Of a stretch of 64,000 nucleotides of DNA, positions 61,133-64,000 are shown one piece after another. The translations under genes and the position numbers were made by a program. Every line of letters begins with the position of its first letter. Position 1 is the stretch's first letter. Under the pieces are notes generated by a model. The model had not been told where the DNA came from. It saw only the letters and a list, made by a program, of their open reading frames with translations, and made no database searches. Source of the DNA: Spirochaetia bacterium (GTDB taxonomy: Bacteria > Spirochaetota > Spirochaetia > SZUA-6 > Bin103); assembly GCA_965203055.1 (NCBI GenBank), contig OZ241863.1:4480001-4544000 (forward strand). Direction: 5' to 3'.

Positions 61133-62239
61133 GTGCTCAAGCAATTCTTCAACTGGGTCTCCAACCCGGCCATCCTGTTCACGATCTTCATCGTCGGGTT
61201 CTTCTTCATCTTCCCACCCGGCGGCAAGCTGTACCGGCTCAACCGGCGCCTGAAGCTGGACCGGCTGTGGACGCCGGCCGGCGGGGCGGTGTTCTTCGCG
61301 TTGCTGGCGATCTTCTTCCTGTGGGGCATCACCGACCCCAACTTTCGCCTCATCGTGTTCAAGCCGGACAACATCCCGATCACGGCGCTGCTGTTCCTGG
61401 TGCCGTTCTTCCTCTGGTATTCCATGAAGCAGGCGCGCGAGAACGACCTGCGCGCGGAGAAGGGCGAGCCGCCGCAGGAGGCGCTGGACAACGAGAAGGT
61501 GCTGGTGTGGCCCGACCTGGTGTACGTGGAGTTCATCTCCCTGATCCTGTCGATGGCCCTGATGATCGTCTGGTCGCTGTTCCTCAAGGCGCCGCTGGAG
61601 GAGCCGGCCAACCCGACCGTGTCGCCCAACCCCTCCAAGGCGCCGTGGTACTTCCTCGGCCTGCAGGAGATGCTGGTCTACTACGACCCGTGGCTGGCCG
61701 GGGTGGTGCTGCCGACGCTGATCATCGTCGGTCTGGTCGCCATCCCCTACATGGACATCAACGCCGGCGGACAGGGGTTCTACAGCTTTCGGCCGCGCAT
61801 GAAGGCGATCAGCATCTTCCTGTTCGGCTTCGTGGTGCTGTGGATCTTCCTGATCCTGGTGGGCACCTTCCTGCGCGGTCCCAACTGGAACTTCTTCGGG
61901 CCGTTCGAGTTCTGGGATCCCAACAAGCGCGAGGTGCTGAACAACGTCAACCTTTCCGAATACATCTACATCTTCCTGCTCGGCACGGGCCTGCCGGAAA
62001 ACATTCTGGTGCGGGAGCTGTTCGGGATTCTGTTGATACTGGGGTACTTCGCCATCGTCCCGGGATTGCTGGCGCAGACCGTCTTCAAGCGCATGTTCCA
62101 GCGCCTCGGGGTGGTGCGCTACAGCTTCTTCATCGTGTTGCTGCTGATGGGCCTGGCACTGCCGATCAAGATGTATACGCGCTGGCTGTTCAACCTGAAG
62201 TACATCGTCTCGATCCCGGAGTTCTTCCTGAACGTATGA
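61133..62239 (+). CDS. Subunit IV-like (PetD-like) protein with extra TM segments
   Basis: WPDL, PLEEPANP..PNPSKAPWYFLGLQE (PEWY-equivalent), P..D.N, GTFLRGPNWNFF. Confidence 0.85.
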   Translation: MLKQFFNWVSNPAILFTIFIVGFFFIFPPGGKLYRLNRRLKLDRLWTPAGGAVFFALLAIFFLWGITDPNFRLIVFKPDNIPITALLFLVPFFLWYSMKQARENDLRAEKGEPPQEALDNEKVLVWPDLVYVEFISLILSMALMIVWSLFLKAPLEEPANPTVSPNPSKAPWYFLGLQEMLVYYDPWLAGVVLPTLIIVGLVAIPYMDINAGGQGFYSFRPRMKAISIFLFGFVVLWIFLILVGTFLRGPNWNFFGPFEFWDPNKREVLNNVNLSEYIYIFLLGTGLPENILVRELFGILLILGYFAIVPGLLAQTVFKRMFQRLGVVRYSFFIVLLLMGLALPIKMYTRWLFNLKYIVSIPEFFLNV

Positions 62240-62295
62240 TGGAGGAGTGATTTCTAGACGGGATTGACCTTGATGTTTCTGAGTGTGATTACCGC

Positions 62296-63618
62296 ATGTA
62301 TCTGCTCGTCGCTGTCAGGTACCACCTGGTTCCCGTAGCAAGACGCATCCTCAAGAGAACAAGCGCCTTTACCTTCGCGGCGTATATTCCCATCGCGATG
62401 TTGACAGGGTATGGGTATTGGCGATACGGCGTCGCGGTTCAGCAATTGCCGGACCTGCCGTTGTCGTTGCCGATGGCACGCCTCGGTACGTTGCTCGGTC
62501 TGGTACCGATCTTGTTTATCCGTACACCGGTGACACGCGGAGCCTCCATATTTCATTCCATGGCGACCGAAGAGCCGACCATGGCCCTCAAGATAATGAT
62601 ATTGCGCAACCTTGGTTCAAGGTGCGCATATGTTCTATTGCTGGTTCTCGGAGCAGCCCCGTTCGTCGTTCGTCTCTCTGACTCCCTGGAGCAGTCGATT
62701 CTTCACTTGGTCAGTGACGGGGTGTACGTAGTCATCTACTGCGCCGCCGTGACTCTGATCGATTGCGCGAGTACCGGGCGCCCCAGGTATAGAATTGCGC
62801 TGCTGCTTTGCGTTCTGTCGTTGGTCGGAATCGAGACTCTGTTGCTGTTCTACCGGCCCTGGGCCGACGTCGTCAGCGTTGCGCTGAACGTTACCGTGGT
62901 CGGTGTCTGTTGGACGCGGTATATCCCGCGTATGAAACCCGTGCTGATTCAGGAATACTTCAACGGACTGGTAGCCATCACTGACAGGAAGCGACGTCGA
63001 CTTCGCGGTATCCTTGATGCCGTCGGTGTAGAAACAAAAGTGTATCTGAAGAGTTTCCTGCTAACGGCCAATTCCGTAATTCCCATCGTTGCGGCACTTG
63101 CGGTATACGTGGGCCTGGTCGTGTTCCTGATTCGCGGAACACAGCAGGATGAACCGCTGTCGAGCGTCATGGTGCTGGGATTCGGCGCCTCGTTCTTCTA
63201 CAGCAACATATTGATCGAGAACTTCCGCAACTTCAATCTCATGTTCATCAAGATGAGCCCGGTTACGTTCTTTCGCCTTACCAGGTCGATACTCACACCT
63301 CACTGTATCATAGTCGGCCTGTCTACTGCGGTGATCGTGGTATTGCTCACGCTGCTTGGCATGGCGCAGTGGACACCAGCCCTGCTATTGATCTCTTACG
63401 TGGTATTTCTTCCGACGCTTTCCTGGTCAGTTGCAATGAGATTCTTGAACAGTCGTATATTGGGTGGCCTGTACAACGCCGTGTTGGCACTCGGCGGACT
63501 CGTACTATCGGTGGTTGCGCCTGCGGTATACGTGCTGTATGCAGTAGTCACAGGGGTATTCATGTATCGTCGAGGTATGCGGAGATACGCCGCCTTGACC
63601 GTGGAAGATTGGGCATGA
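62296..63618 (+). CDS. Low-GC multi-TM protein, probable ABC transporter permease
   Basis: Many hydrophobic segments; ATGA overlap with the downstream ABC ATPase; atypical codon usage. Confidence 0.65.
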   Translation: MYLLVAVRYHLVPVARRILKRTSAFTFAAYIPIAMLTGYGYWRYGVAVQQLPDLPLSLPMARLGTLLGLVPILFIRTPVTRGASIFHSMATEEPTMALKIMILRNLGSRCAYVLLLVLGAAPFVVRLSDSLEQSILHLVSDGVYVVIYCAAVTLIDCASTGRPRYRIALLLCVLSLVGIETLLLFYRPWADVVSVALNVTVVGVCWTRYIPRMKPVLIQEYFNGLVAITDRKRRRLRGILDAVGVETKVYLKSFLLTANSVIPIVAALAVYVGLVVFLIRGTQQDEPLSSVMVLGFGASFFYSNILIENFRNFNLMFIKMSPVTFFRLTRSILTPHCIIVGLSTAVIVVLLTLLGMAQWTPALLLISYVVFLPTLSWSVAMRFLNSRILGGLYNAVLALGGLVLSVVAPAVYVLYAVVTGVFMYRRGMRRYAALTVEDWA

Positions 63619-64000
63619 TCGAGCTGCGCGCCGTAGACAAGAAGTATGATTCAGGTAAGGGAGTTTTCAATCTTGATTTCTCTCTCGACACGGGCATTAC
63701 CGGGTTCCTGGGGCGTAATGGCTCCGGGAAGACGACGACGATGCGGCTCATCATGGGGTTGCTCCGTCCCGACGCAGGAAAGGTGCTGGTCGACGATCGC
63801 GACCTGTGGCAGTTTGACCATATATTCGCGCTGAAGAAGAATCTCGGCTATCTCCCCAATGAGGACTACTTCTTCGACCGTCTCTCGGGGCGCGAGAACC
63901 TGGAGTATCTCAGTCTGATGAAGACTGCTGATCGGGACGCATATACTGCTCTTGATGACTTCATGAGGCGACTCGAAGTGGACACGTACATTGATGACGA
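63615..64000 (+). CDS. ABC transporter ATP-binding protein (3' truncated)
   Basis: MIELRAVDKKY..GFLGRNGSGKTTTMR..PDAG.V..LGYLP..LSGRENLEY. Confidence 0.9.
   Translation, partial: MIELRAVDKKYDSGKGVFNLDFSLDTGITGFLGRNGSGKTTTMRLIMGLLRPDAGKVLVDDRDLWQFDHIFALKKNLGYLPNEDYFFDRLSGRENLEYLSLMKTADRDAYTALDDFMRRLEVDTYIDD

Overview
High-GC bacterial chromosomal window, probably from an aerobic Spirochaetota lineage, possibly host- or sponge-associated. This is inferred from gene content and order (flgM, CarD, DUF151-clpX-clpP-tig, Nif3-lspA, long-form GlyA) and was not verified. 1-15 kb: a 5'-truncated giant (>4985 aa) Ig/Calx-beta repeat adhesin with an autotransporter-like C-terminus. 15-46.7 kb: mostly housekeeping genes, including 8 tRNAs, tig-clpP-clpX, glyA, hisA, aroK, lspA, rsmI, a folE-folB-folP-like-folK-SDR pterin operon with a strongly divergent FolP, mdh-fumC and sdhCAB. 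46.7-52.2 kb: a reshuffled defence hotspot and the best candidate for an undescribed system. It holds a Uma2 nuclease remnant, a collapsed mosaic copy of the methyltransferase 3' end, a lower-GC cassette (68-aa protein plus SDH-family ClpP-like protease), an orphan DUF1156 DNA methyltransferase, and a divergent toxin-less RHH protein with a palindromic operator between them. 52-62 kb: an Fe-S/redox cluster (HCF101-like Mrp, three ferredoxins, FprA-type reductase, deacetylase, HEAT protein, Rieske, split b6-type cytochrome b). A low-GC ABC transporter island follows it abruptly at the right edge. All calls come from reading motifs by eye; no database searches were run.
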